From positions 32,001 through 96,000 of the IMG/VR virus record IMGVR_UViG_3300020578_000017: 64,000 bases of DNA. One strand, 5' to 3'. Shown here one piece after another: positions 9,496 to 18,754 of the stretch (its first letter is position 1; each line of letters starts with the position of its first letter). Source of the DNA: a virus. The position numbers and the translations under genes were made by a program. Below the pieces are notes generated by a model. It made no database searches. It was not told the DNA's origin and saw nothing but the letters and a program-made list of their open reading frames with translations.

Positions 9496-9822
9496 TTAGC
9501 ACCTTTTAAGCTTTTTAACATTAAACTTATTTTCTATAGCATATCTATTCGTTAAGTTGTCTTTTTTAATATTCCATCGAATAGTATAAGTGCCAATGGG
9601 AGCGTCAACCGGTACCTTTACTGGAGCATAGTATTGACCAACACCAAACCTAACAGCATCCTGTGTCTCCATTGAGGCCATGGGCTGCTGTTCGCAATCA
9701 TTATTGTAAAAAATCTCATATTCGATTTCAAGAACATCAGTATACACACCTAATCCGTCTCTAATGATGACGAATAAGTCTTTTGAACCTAGCTCCTGAC
9801 CTCTCTCGTATGAGATTGCCAC
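9496..9822 (-). CDS. Ig-like structural protein
   Basis: Aligns by eye with the N-terminus of 8581..9492 (RGQ.LG..DL, YTDV, VG.YYA, G...I.W.I). Confidence 0.6.
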   Translation of the reverse strand: MAISYERGQELGSKDLFVIIRDGLGVYTDVLEIEYEIFYNNDCEQQPMASMETQDAVRFGVGQYYAPVKVPVDAPIGTYTIRWNIKKDNLTNRYAIENKFNVKKLKRC

Positions 9823-9827
9823 TTTTA

Positions 9828-10154
9828 TTACCCGCGCTCAGGTGTTATAACGATCTTACCTGTTGAAAGATTGATCTGCCAATCCCTGTTTCCAGGAATT
9901 TCATACTTGACTGCCATTCTTCTGACAGAAGCTTGACGCGCCTCTTCTGCATTTTCTAGCTCCTCAAGAGCTAGCTTCTGTAGCTTTGCCGCAGTAGCAA
10001 CAGCATTTGTGGCACGGGTAACCGCTGTCTCTGAATCTTTAATGTCCTCAAGATCATGTTCTTCAATCGTAATCTCTATGGTAGAGAAAACCTCATCAGC
10101 ATCAACGACAATAATTTCCTCGTCGTCAATAATTTCTACATTATGTTCGTCCAT
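9828..10154 (-). CDS. Small acidic coiled-coil protein
   Basis: Coiled coil followed by KYEIP...INLSTG. Confidence 0.55.
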   Translation of the reverse strand: MDEHNVEIIDDEEIIVVDADEVFSTIEITIEEHDLEDIKDSETAVTRATNAVATAAKLQKLALEELENAEEARQASVRRMAVKYEIPGNRDWQINLSTGKIVITPERG

Positions 10155-10168
10155 TTTTTTGACCTTTC

Positions 10169-10513
10169 TTATAACTTATAGATAATAACGACAATAATCT
10201 CTTCGGGACTTGGAGGAGGCAAAATCTCTGAGAATGTGAAATAAGTAGCCCCTGACCCACGTACTGGAGATTCAAAAAAATCTAAACCAGCGACTTGATA
10301 CTGACCATTTCTGTAAATATCAATCCAGTGGCCTTCACCAGTGACCCCTGAACTTCTTACTCCATAGTTTGAAAAATAACTAGATACCGGAACTAATAAC
10401 TCTAGTAAATTAATAGTGTGAGAGTTGGTCCCGTAACCATATCCTTCGGCAAGAGATAGCGGAGTGCCGCCACCTCCCCCTAAGGTTGGTTTTCTGATAA
10501 TCCCAATTGGCAT
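10169..10513 (-). CDS. Small structural protein
   Basis: IDIYRNGQ..G.DF motif similar to the C-terminus of 12132..14174 (LEVYLNGQ). Confidence 0.5.
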   Translation of the reverse strand: MPIGIIRKPTLGGGGGTPLSLAEGYGYGTNSHTINLLELLVPVSSYFSNYGVRSSGVTGEGHWIDIYRNGQYQVAGLDFFESPVRGSGATYFTFSEILPPPSPEEIIVVIIYKL

Positions 10514-10518
10514 TACTT

Positions 10519-10863
10519 TTACCGAACAGTTGATATGTTTAGCCCGTCTAGGCTAGTTGGGAATACAACCTGAAAACTATCTTCAATAAAAGCGTCTTCC
10601 AGGTCTCTTAAGTCTGTAGCTTTATATATTACTAAATAATCTTTACTTACATCAAAAACCGTAGAGTCCATAAGAAGAGGATATCTGTAAATTCCCTTAC
10701 CTATTCTATTCATCGGAACATCTTGAAGATCGAACACCTTTACATCGCTTTCAAAATGAATGATCGTGACAGTTGGATTACTGACCTCAAGCAAATTTCT
10801 ATCACCATCTAGCCAAATGGCTGAAAAGTTATGAATAGTATTTGCGTATATAATAAATGCCAA
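10519..10863 (-). CDS. Ig-like structural protein
   Basis: Beta-rich with MNRIGKGIYRY motif; TTG start. Confidence 0.5.
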   Translation of the reverse strand: MAFIIYANTIHNFSAIWLDGDRNLLEVSNPTVTIIHFESDVKVFDLQDVPMNRIGKGIYRYPLLMDSTVFDVSKDYLVIYKATDLRDLEDAFIEDSFQVVFPTSLDGLNISTVR

Positions 10864-10925
10864 AGCTTAAGCCCTATCAATAATGAATGATATGGAAATT
10901 CTCATAAGATATGAGATATTAATCA

Positions 10926-12014
10926 TCAACCAAAGATGCTAAGCTCATGCTCTGGGCTATATAGATTGTCTGATAGTGCTTTTGATCTCGTAGTACCTAA
11001 GAGGTGAACCTGAGTACCCCTCTTAGCAGATAGGCTAAAATCTGTTGATACTTTACGCATACTACAATCTTCTAGCATTGCAATAGCACCTGAATCAATG
11101 TCAATATCTACTTTTTTATTATTAACTAAGTCAACGTTATGTAAGTCAATCTTTGCGGACTTAAGTCCTAAAAACCCAAGAGTATTATTAGACACAAGAG
11201 AACTCTTAACTTCATTTCTGCTAGAAATGGTAGCTAGCTCAACCCTGGCTACACTATCATTTTCAGTTACAACTGAGCTTGTGAAATCAATAATACTATT
11301 ATTCTTGGACTCAAATGCCAAATTATTTGATGATACTTTAGCACTTACTAATGACACATTCGATAACGAATCTGCACTAACCGCTACATTATTTGCCTCA
11401 AAGAAACTCTCTCTGATATCAGCGGTAGATGTATTTACTGCCCTTACGCCAATTTTATTGTTTAAGAAAATACAGCTATTTAATGTGTAAGTAGACGCTT
11501 GATTAGATAAAGAAAGAGCAATATAGTTATCTCTTAGAACACATTTGTTCATATCAATCTTTGCTGAGTTTATAACTTTTACAGCTTCTCCGCGATAACC
11601 TTGGATCGTAATGTCCCTGATGCATACTCCTTGAGCAAAATCAACAATTACGCAGTGCTCTAGGCTATTGTCCCCAGAAAGAACTACAGTAGCGCTGTCC
11701 TGTGGCTTAATGATGATAAACCCATTAGCGCCTAATACATGTTGATTGAATTTAACTGTCTCTGTATATATGCCCTTAGCTAACCTTATCTCTACTGGAT
11801 GATTGATGAAAATAGGTAGGCTATCAACAGCTGCTTGGATAGACTTTTTAGGTGCTAACTTGTCTCCTAAAAACATATCATCACCATTTACAAGATCAAC
11901 ATAAACAGAATAATCTGAAGTAGTGGTGGTTGCTTTACCCTTTAATTCAACAGTTAGGCCCTCTACGTGGTCCTGGGTGATTGCGAGTATCTGATTAGCT
12001 CTAATCCTAGCCAT
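10926..12014 (-). CDS. Right-handed parallel beta-helix protein (pectate-lyase-like; possible depolymerase/spike)
   Basis: VYVDLVNGDD...PKKSIQAAVD...IRLAKGIYTE cap, then ~22-aa Asn-ladder repeats. Confidence 0.8.
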   Translation of the reverse strand: MARIRANQILAITQDHVEGLTVELKGKATTTTSDYSVYVDLVNGDDMFLGDKLAPKKSIQAAVDSLPIFINHPVEIRLAKGIYTETVKFNQHVLGANGFIIIKPQDSATVVLSGDNSLEHCVIVDFAQGVCIRDITIQGYRGEAVKVINSAKIDMNKCVLRDNYIALSLSNQASTYTLNSCIFLNNKIGVRAVNTSTADIRESFFEANNVAVSADSLSNVSLVSAKVSSNNLAFESKNNSIIDFTSSVVTENDSVARVELATISSRNEVKSSLVSNNTLGFLGLKSAKIDLHNVDLVNNKKVDIDIDSGAIAMLEDCSMRKVSTDFSLSAKRGTQVHLLGTTRSKALSDNLYSPEHELSIFG

Positions 12015-12060
12015 ATTTATATTTATACCGTTTTGAGTAGGTTACTAGAGTATTATAGTT

Positions 12061-12099
12061 AAAAAGCCCGAGGGGGGCAAGAAAAATCTTGCCCCCCTC
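12061..12099 (-). terminator. Intrinsic terminator after the fibre gene
   Basis: 13-bp perfect stem GAGGGGGGCAAGA/TCTTGCCCCCCTC (12070-12099); T-run follows on the minus strand. Confidence 0.8.
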
Positions 12100-12131
12100 C
12101 TACCACTTAAGATAGTAAGGTTTTATATTCG

Positions 12132-14174
12132 TTAGATGTTGGTAGACTTGGCGAAGTAACGAATATAGATATGGTCGCCGACGATAGAACCGTAAACCTT
12201 AACGACGCGGCTCTCACGAGTAAAGGTGAACTGGGGCATTTCTGCACCAGAGTTGCCTTCTTCGATTAGCTGACCGTTTAGGTATACTTCTAGGTCGGAA
12301 TCAGAAGCAGCGCCTGCGGAAGGAACAGCGAAATTCGCTTGGTTGTAGTAGTAGCCAGAAGCTAATACGACTTCATCGTTAGAATCATCAGCAATAACTG
12401 CCTTAGCCTTAGGCTCCTTGATACCTAGAGAGCCTAGGGCGTGGCTGTGTAGTGCGTCTGCACCAGAGATGACAGAATCGTTGACTAGCTTAGCTAGGTC
12501 GGAACCTAGGGCTGTGTCACCAGCGAAGGAGAAGCTGGCATCTGCATCAACGCTGAAGCTGGCGCCAGCTTGCATAGAAATGCTTGCACCAGACTCAACT
12601 ACCATTGAACCATGACCTTTTTGAACATTGCTCTTTAGGATTAGGTCGCCACCCTCGTCGATGGTTAGGTTTGCACCGGAAACCATGGTGACAGAAGACT
12701 TTAGGCTGCTGTTGCCATCGAAACCTAGTGCAACGGTGTTACCTAGAACGTAAATGTTCTGACCAGCCTGTAGGGTACCTGCACCGGAGAACTGGACGAA
12801 GTTTAGGTCATCGCCAGCGTCAGCAATGGCTAATGCAGAGATTGAGGAATTTAGTACCCAAGAAGTGTTGGACTGATCGGTACCATTCTTAACAAAGCAG
12901 TAAGTACCACGGGGTAGCTCACCGACAATGTTAGCATCCTCATCACGCTCAAGAACCCAGGCGGAAGAAACGCTACCCTTATCGATAACGATATAGATGC
13001 CGTTGAACTTGGCAAGAGCCTCGTCCTTGATTAGGACGCGATCACCATTATCAACAGAGTAACCATCAAGTACTAAAGCGCCGTTGTTCTCAGCGGTTAG
13101 CTTGGTGTGCTTGATTCCATGGCTGTTGTTAGAAGCGCTCTCAGAAGCATTGTTGGCAGGTAGAGCAACCTTAGAAGCAGCCCAGACCATCTCCTTAACG
13201 GTTAGACCCTGAGCAACGTGGTCAACATACTGCTTGGTGGCAGCTTGTAGAGCAGAAGCAGGATCTTGAGCTAAGGTTACGGTTGATTGGAAGGTAGCTG
13301 CACCCTTCTGTAGCATAGTGCTTTCCATGGTGATAGCACCGGTTACCTGGACTGCGCCAGCGAACTGAGCTAAACCACCAACGTTTAGAGTGCTCTTTAG
13401 AGCAGAAGCGCCAGTGACAACGACAGAGCTAGCAAACTGAGCCGCACCAGCAACGTCTAAGGTGCTCTCTAGAACAGAAGCGCCAGTGATCTGAACGTTA
13501 TTAGCGAACTGAGCTAAACCAGCAACGTCTAGAGTGCTCTTTAGAATAGAAGCACCAGTGATCTGAACGTTATTAGCGAACTGAGCTAAACCAGCAACGT
13601 CTAAGGTGCTCTTTAGCATAGAAGCGCCAGTGACGCTAACGGAGCTAGCAAGCTGAGCCGCGCCAGCAACGTCTAGAGTGCTCTGTAGAATAGAAGCACC
13701 AGTGATCTGAACGTTATTAGCGAACTGAGCTAAACCGACAACGTCTAAGGTGCTCTTTAGAGCAGAAGCGCCAGTGACAACGACAGAGCTAGCAAACTGA
13801 GCCGCACCAGCAACGTCTAAGAGGCTCTCTAGAATAGAAGCGCCGGTAACGGTTAAAGCGCCACCAACTTGTAGGGCGGCCTTCATCTGAGCGTTGCCGC
13901 TTGCGATTAAGGTGCCACCGATTAGAGCATTGCCAGTGATGCTGGCTTCTTGACCAACATATAAACCACTAGCAATATGAACATTGGCTAAGAAATCAGC
14001 GCCAGAACGTACACTTAAAGTACCTGATAAAGTAGCGCCGCTAGAGACGGTTAAAGAACCGCTTAGCGCAGTGCCACTTGCGACAGAGAAGGTGCCTCTG
14101 ATCGCAATGTTGTTCTCTAAGTGACGTGAAGCAATTGCTCCACTGGCGATTTGGAAACCCCTAAATTGTCCCAT
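12132..14174 (-). CDS. Fibre / head-decoration structural protein with 24-aa beta repeats
   Basis: Gly/Ala/Ser beta repeats, ATKQYVD motif and DRVLIKDE...NGIYIV domain typical of phage fibre proteins; followed by a terminator. Confidence 0.75.
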   Translation of the reverse strand: MGQFRGFQIASGAIASRHLENNIAIRGTFSVASGTALSGSLTVSSGATLSGTLSVRSGADFLANVHIASGLYVGQEASITGNALIGGTLIASGNAQMKAALQVGGALTVTGASILESLLDVAGAAQFASSVVVTGASALKSTLDVVGLAQFANNVQITGASILQSTLDVAGAAQLASSVSVTGASMLKSTLDVAGLAQFANNVQITGASILKSTLDVAGLAQFANNVQITGASVLESTLDVAGAAQFASSVVVTGASALKSTLNVGGLAQFAGAVQVTGAITMESTMLQKGAATFQSTVTLAQDPASALQAATKQYVDHVAQGLTVKEMVWAASKVALPANNASESASNNSHGIKHTKLTAENNGALVLDGYSVDNGDRVLIKDEALAKFNGIYIVIDKGSVSSAWVLERDEDANIVGELPRGTYCFVKNGTDQSNTSWVLNSSISALAIADAGDDLNFVQFSGAGTLQAGQNIYVLGNTVALGFDGNSSLKSSVTMVSGANLTIDEGGDLILKSNVQKGHGSMVVESGASISMQAGASFSVDADASFSFAGDTALGSDLAKLVNDSVISGADALHSHALGSLGIKEPKAKAVIADDSNDEVVLASGYYYNQANFAVPSAGAASDSDLEVYLNGQLIEEGNSGAEMPQFTFTRESRVVKVYGSIVGDHIYIRYFAKSTNI
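13335..13840 (-). repeat. About seven 72-bp in-frame tandem repeats (24 aa)
   Basis: xLxSTLDVAGxAQFAxxVxxTGAS units in two subtypes; boundaries approximate. Confidence 0.85.
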
Positions 14175-14232
14175 TTAATCACCCTCACTAAGTAATGCCG
14201 ACATTTAATCTGCGTCTAAAATATACAAACGA

Positions 14233-14478
14233 TTAACTATGTAAAAGAGACTTTAAGCTTTGGACTCTATCTGCATAGCTTAAAGCATCAACTTTTGACC
14301 TTCGTCCAAAATATTCATTTCTTAGCTGACTTATTCCGCCTAAATCATGAAATACAAAAAAGAACCTTGACTTATCTTTCCTGGTTTTTACCATGTCGCA
14401 TCCTGCACACTGAAGAAATGCAGCAAAGTACAAATCGCAGGTTTCGTATTCTTTTTCTTGAAGACTTGGGGCTTCCAT
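14233..14478 (-). CDS. Small DUF5659-like protein
   Basis: TCDLYFAAFL motif; AAGGA upstream favours ATG 14478 over 14502. Confidence 0.5.
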   Translation of the reverse strand: MEAPSLQEKEYETCDLYFAAFLQCAGCDMVKTRKDKSRFFFVFHDLGGISQLRNEYFGRRSKVDALSYADRVQSLKSLLHS

Positions 14479-14482
14479 ACTA

Positions 14483-14836
14483 TTATCCTTTAAATTTATC
14501 ATAAGAAGCTGTATTATACCCTCTTTCTTTTGCTAGCTTCTTCGCATCGGACCAAGAAGATACAATCTCACCATTGACATTAGGTAAAACTTTATCTGAC
14601 TTGTGCTCTACTCTTTGCTTTCTATCTAGCAATAAAGAGTTTTTTGTTCTTAACTCTTTTTCCTTCAGTAACTTACCTGTCCAGTTATCTCCCTTAAGAT
14701 GGATATTTGGATTACCTATTAATTTCTGTAAGAAGTTTGAGCAACTATCGCAAGAAAATACTGGTCTTTCTTTTATTGAGTGCGATACCTCACAGTAAGT
14801 ATCGCACTCCTTGCAATATAAAGTATATTTAGGCAT
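14483..14836 (-). CDS. FmdB-like zinc-ribbon protein
   Basis: MPKYTLYCKEC...CDSC...KLI...LKGDNW. Confidence 0.75.
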   Translation of the reverse strand: MPKYTLYCKECDTYCEVSHSIKERPVFSCDSCSNFLQKLIGNPNIHLKGDNWTGKLLKEKELRTKNSLLLDRKQRVEHKSDKVLPNVNGEIVSSWSDAKKLAKERGYNTASYDKFKG

Positions 14837-15800
14837 TGTTTGACAACATGTCTAGTTTAGATGTTATAAACTTCTTTACAGCACCCTTTTCTAGAAGAAG
14901 CAAAGCTCTTAAAGTAGCAATATCATTAGTATTTTCAACAAACTCTTTCCTTTCACGGAAAGAAAGATCTTTCCAGTTATAAGGAATGTCCTTAACTGTG
15001 TTATTCTTTACATCTGGCTTTGCATCTAAAGAAGTTGCTAGTTCAGTATACTCTTTTGCTTCCTCTACTTTATTTGGCTGAGACTTAGCAGTCTTTGCTT
15101 TTTTTTCTGCCTTTACAGGGGTCGCCTCTTTTTTAGGTACAGAAAGAACCTCAATACCTTGTTGCTGGACAGTAGATAGAGCCTCTGTATCTAACTCGCT
15201 TCCGCCAAAAACTCTCTTATGGCTAGGAGGTTCTATGGTAGGAACGCTATTTTTTGTGTTAACTAAAGGCACGGTGTCAAGGAACTTTTTCGCCGTTATC
15301 TTGGGTGACCTATTAAGTTGAGTAGCTTCACCGCCATCTGACAAAACTTCTAGACTAGGAATGCTCTTAAGATCATTGTTGTCTTGTAGCGACTTTCTGG
15401 CAGCTTTTTTCGCCTTTAATGAAGGTAATGCTTCATCAAGTGGTACATTATCATCATCTTCATCAGATATTACTTTCGAGCTGAAATCAATAACTGGCTG
15501 AGGTTTCTTTCTTGGTAACTCTGAGTCTGACTGCTCTGCAGACCTAACCTTATACTTGTCTAAAAGAGCCTGTGAGTTAAGTTTCGGGTTAACTGCTGGC
15601 GTATTCTGTACTTCTACGTCAACTGAATCATCTGTAGCTAATAACCACCCTCTCCTAATAGCACCAGAAAGCCCAGGCGCTGTGAACTTTTGCTCTCCCA
15701 GTAGTAAAGTGGTCCCATCAAAGCCAACTACCTGGGAAGATCTTAGAGTTTTGTTTATTTCACCGATAGTAAAGTTTTTAATTACAACATATTGCTGCAT
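14829..15800 (-). CDS. Hypothetical protein: folded termini, disordered centre
   Basis: 323-aa ORF immediately downstream of the capsid terminator. Confidence 0.6.
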   Translation of the reverse strand: MQQYVVIKNFTIGEINKTLRSSQVVGFDGTTLLLGEQKFTAPGLSGAIRRGWLLATDDSVDVEVQNTPAVNPKLNSQALLDKYKVRSAEQSDSELPRKKPQPVIDFSSKVISDEDDDNVPLDEALPSLKAKKAARKSLQDNNDLKSIPSLEVLSDGGEATQLNRSPKITAKKFLDTVPLVNTKNSVPTIEPPSHKRVFGGSELDTEALSTVQQQGIEVLSVPKKEATPVKAEKKAKTAKSQPNKVEEAKEYTELATSLDAKPDVKNNTVKDIPYNWKDLSFRERKEFVENTNDIATLRALLLLEKGAVKKFITSKLDMLSNNA

Positions 15801-15833
15801 ATAAATTAAATCTCCGAATATATTATATTATAG

Positions 15834-15868
15834 ATAAGGAAAGAGGCGGGTGTTTCCACCCGCCTCTT
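15834..15868 (-). terminator. Intrinsic terminator after the major capsid gene
   Basis: 12-bp stem AAGAGGCGGGTG/CACCCGCCTCTT with GAAA loop on the minus strand; T-rich tail. Confidence 0.8.
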
Positions 15869-15887
15869 AAAATTAGGCTCTTATATC

Positions 15888-16751
15888 CTATCGAGCAATC
15901 GATAGAGACTGGAGGCCTAGTGGGTTGTGAATACCGATACCGACGTTCTCGAATACGGAGAAGCCGATTAGGCGGTTCTTTGGATCATCAGCGGAAAGAA
16001 CGGTTAGTTCTGTACGAACTGGCATTCTGCCGAAGAACTCAGGCTCGGCGCAGACGTATACGGTTCCGGGAGGAACGATACGAGAAACGATGATCTGAGC
16101 GCCCCAGATGTAAGCCATTAGACCGGTCTTTAGTAAGACGGCCTGAGTCTCGATATCTAGGATATCGCGACCAAACTTACGGATATCGGTGTAGTCCTTA
16201 GCATTCATGAAGATGCGGGAAACACGAAGGTCCCAACGCTCAATGTCAGCAAAGGCATCAGCTAGAGCGGAGGGGGTTAGGGGAGCGGTGATACCGATCT
16301 GCTGGTTAGGGGAGTTTGCAGCGCCGATAACAGCGTTCATTACTGCAAAGCTCTTGGTATCTTCTTGAGCCTGGATTTCAGCCTTGGCTAGATCCTGTGC
16401 ACGCTCAATTAGGTCGAAGCGGCGCTCCTTGACCTGAGTTAGAGGAATCTCAGGGTTGGAAGCGATTTCGAATAGGGGGAATAGAACACGAAGGCTCTTG
16501 GAAACAGAGATGATGTTCTCACCCTCTTCGCCCATTACAAATGCGGTGACATCGGGGTCACGGTCATAGATGGGTAGAGCGCCATCAGGTAGTTGCTCGA
16601 CGAGGTAAGCCTTACGGGCAACGGAAGAATAGTCGCGACGGCGACGTAGGGGCTGGACCATAGAAGCAGCTAGCTTAGCGCGACCACCAGCGGTCTTGAC
16701 TAAGTCGGAGATAATCCGTTGCTTGGTCTCGTTAGAAATGTGATCAGACAT
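15888..16751 (-). CDS. Major capsid protein (HK97 fold)
   Basis: Follows protease-scaffold-decoration genes; strong SD AAGGAG; biased codon use; LAASMVQPLRRRRDY...LPDGALPIYDRD...FEIASNP resembles large-phage capsid proteins. Confidence 0.85.
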   Translation of the reverse strand: MSDHISNETKQRIISDLVKTAGGRAKLAASMVQPLRRRRDYSSVARKAYLVEQLPDGALPIYDRDPDVTAFVMGEEGENIISVSKSLRVLFPLFEIASNPEIPLTQVKERRFDLIERAQDLAKAEIQAQEDTKSFAVMNAVIGAANSPNQQIGITAPLTPSALADAFADIERWDLRVSRIFMNAKDYTDIRKFGRDILDIETQAVLLKTGLMAYIWGAQIIVSRIVPPGTVYVCAEPEFFGRMPVRTELTVLSADDPKNRLIGFSVFENVGIGIHNPLGLQSLSIAR

Positions 16752-16771
16752 TGTATCTTATCTCCTTACTC

Positions 16772-17272
16772 TTAAACTAGAAGTAGTAATCCGAGCCAGG
16801 GGTCGGAAGCGGTGGGAGCCTTGACAACAACGCCGACTTCAACGGTAGAAGCGCCCTTTTCCTTGGTTAGAAGACCATTGGCGGAGGAATATAGAAGGTC
16901 GCCAGCGGCATAAGCAGCTAGAGCGGCGCCATCGCCGTCGTTAGTATGAGTCTCATAAACGTCAACCTGGCAAGCGCCTAGGCAATGGACGAAGGGACCC
17001 TTTTCTGAAGCTACTGCGGGGGTATTCTCGAAAGGATTACCGGCAGCGTTGTTGATGAATAGACCTAGGGGACGATCAGAGCGGTCACAGGCGCCGACTA
17101 AAAGATCATCCTTTAGACCAGCAACGGAACCACCTAGGACGCCATTAGGCATGCTTGCACTAAGAGTGTCATTGGTGTAATCACCACCTAGTGAATTAAC
17201 CTTTGTGAAAGCATCTTCCTCTAATGAGAATAGAGAGTTACGATGCCCCACATATTGAATGCGTAGAGCCAT
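16772..17272 (-). CDS. Capsid decoration / cement protein
   Basis: Between scaffold and capsid; YAAGDLLY...GLLT...VGVVVKAP beta-tulip-like pattern. Confidence 0.65.
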   Translation of the reverse strand: MALRIQYVGHRNSLFSLEEDAFTKVNSLGGDYTNDTLSASMPNGVLGGSVAGLKDDLLVGACDRSDRPLGLFINNAAGNPFENTPAVASEKGPFVHCLGACQVDVYETHTNDGDGAALAAYAAGDLLYSSANGLLTKEKGASTVEVGVVVKAPTASDPWLGLLLLV

Positions 17273-17311
17273 TTTTTTTTACCTTTCTCCTACAATCAGG
17301 AAAAACATTTT

Positions 17312-18304
17312 TTAGTAGTTGAAGTGCTCGCTGACATCAGGGTCAGACTTCCATAGACGGCTTAGGTTCTCAACATCCATCGTAGAACCGTTGGCGCGAG
17401 GGGCAGAAGCAATCTTCTTTACGCCACGCTTTTCAGCTGCACGATTGACATTACGAGAAGCGGTCTTGCTAAGGGAGTCCTTGATAGCAGCTTCCATCTT
17501 CATCGCCTTATCTGAATCATCTAAATCCATATCATCTGCGGCATCCTCAGAGACTGCAGAACCGAGACCATCCATCTCGTCATCGCCTTCACCCGCCATA
17601 TCTAGATCGAGGTCTAGATCGTCACCAGCTTCATCAGCCTCAACTTCTTCTGCTTCAGGAGCCTCTAGATCCATTGCTGGAACTTCTGCCATTGCCTCTG
17701 GCATATTTGCAGGGGGACCAAAGTCAGCAGGAGCTTCACCAGGCTCGCCGCCCTTTTGCCACTCTTCTTGGCCCATAACTGGAGCCATGGGTGCAGCCAT
17801 CTCAGGGGCCATAGCCTCAGGCATCCCTTCGGCTTCTGGAGCTTCTTCCTCACTATCAAGCTCGTCCATCTCAACAACTTCTGCAGCATACTTATTGATG
17901 CGGGCAACAGTGTCGATAAGGGAGCGTAGGGGTAGATCCATAAGGTCAGTGGCTTGCTTCTCGATGAACTCATCAGTACCATCTGGGAATAGAGCAGAGG
18001 CAACCTTAATAGCTAAAGAAGACTTCTTAGCTAGGGTCTGGGCTGTACGTAGTAAAGCAAGATTTGCTTGCTTTGAACCAGGCATTGCTACGTTAAGAGT
18101 GGGATGGCGCATATCCTTGTCCATCTTCCAATCATCACGCATGTCAGGTCTTTCATGGTTCTCGTTTGCTTCTGGGTCCCAAGTCATATACTGTTCTGCA
18201 TCGGGTACGGGACGTACACGATTTAGAGAGTTTGGATCGGCGTTTTCAACGTCGGAAGCGCGACGAGAAAATCCATCCTTGGTTAGGCGCTTTCTGTTAG
18301 CCAT
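17312..18304 (-). CDS. Capsid scaffolding protein
   Basis: Acidic low-complexity protein upstream of decoration/capsid; GGAGG SD; many [KR]xA motifs. Confidence 0.65.
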   Translation of the reverse strand: MANRKRLTKDGFSRRASDVENADPNSLNRVRPVPDAEQYMTWDPEANENHERPDMRDDWKMDKDMRHPTLNVAMPGSKQANLALLRTAQTLAKKSSLAIKVASALFPDGTDEFIEKQATDLMDLPLRSLIDTVARINKYAAEVVEMDELDSEEEAPEAEGMPEAMAPEMAAPMAPVMGQEEWQKGGEPGEAPADFGPPANMPEAMAEVPAMDLEAPEAEEVEADEAGDDLDLDLDMAGEGDDEMDGLGSAVSEDAADDMDLDDSDKAMKMEAAIKDSLSKTASRNVNRAAEKRGVKKIASAPRANGSTMDVENLSRLWKSDPDVSEHFNY

Positions 18305-18326
18305 AGTAGTTTAAATAACCTCCAAG

Positions 18327-18686
18327 TTACTTAGCATTCTGTCTGCGTTGTAGAAGTCTCGCAACGCGCTTTTCGATTTCGTTGCTTACGGCATCAATCC
18401 GAGCAGCGAGTCGAGGGTTTTGATTCTCAACCTGAGTTGCAACATCATCAAGTTGATCAACGATAAAACTTGCCTTCTTTACTAAGGCAGAAAAAGAGCC
18501 ATTATTCTCGGAAGATGAAACAGAAGCCCCTTTCTCTACTACTGCTTCAACTGCAGCAGAAACAGCTTCTTCTTCATCATGAGCAAGTTCAACGTCTACA
18601 ACGATATCCCTGCCGCACTCACACTTGCCTAAAGTGAGCTGTTTTGCTACTTTGAACAGGCCTTCATAAGTTTGTTCACTAGCCAT
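18327..18686 (-). CDS. Hypothetical head-module protein
   Basis: KGAS and KKAS motifs; C-terminal helical hairpin LDDVA...LAARIDAVSN. Confidence 0.55.
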   Translation of the reverse strand: MASEQTYEGLFKVAKQLTLGKCECGRDIVVDVELAHDEEEAVSAAVEAVVEKGASVSSSENNGSFSALVKKASFIVDQLDDVATQVENQNPRLAARIDAVSNEIEKRVARLLQRRQNAK

Positions 18687-18754
18687 GTTAGTTACCTTTA
18701 AAAAATAGAGTTTGGTTCTCTATGTAAGATTTTTTATAAAAGGTTTATAAAAAC

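Noticed and set aside
15888-16751. Encapsulin interpretation of the short HK97-fold shell protein
   Set aside because: It is co-located with terminase, portal, protease and scaffold, so it is a true virion capsid.
17319-18314. 331-aa plus-strand ORF spanning the scaffold gene
   Set aside because: Ser-rich antisense shadow produced by GAA/GAT/GCT codons of the acidic scaffold; no motifs or SD.
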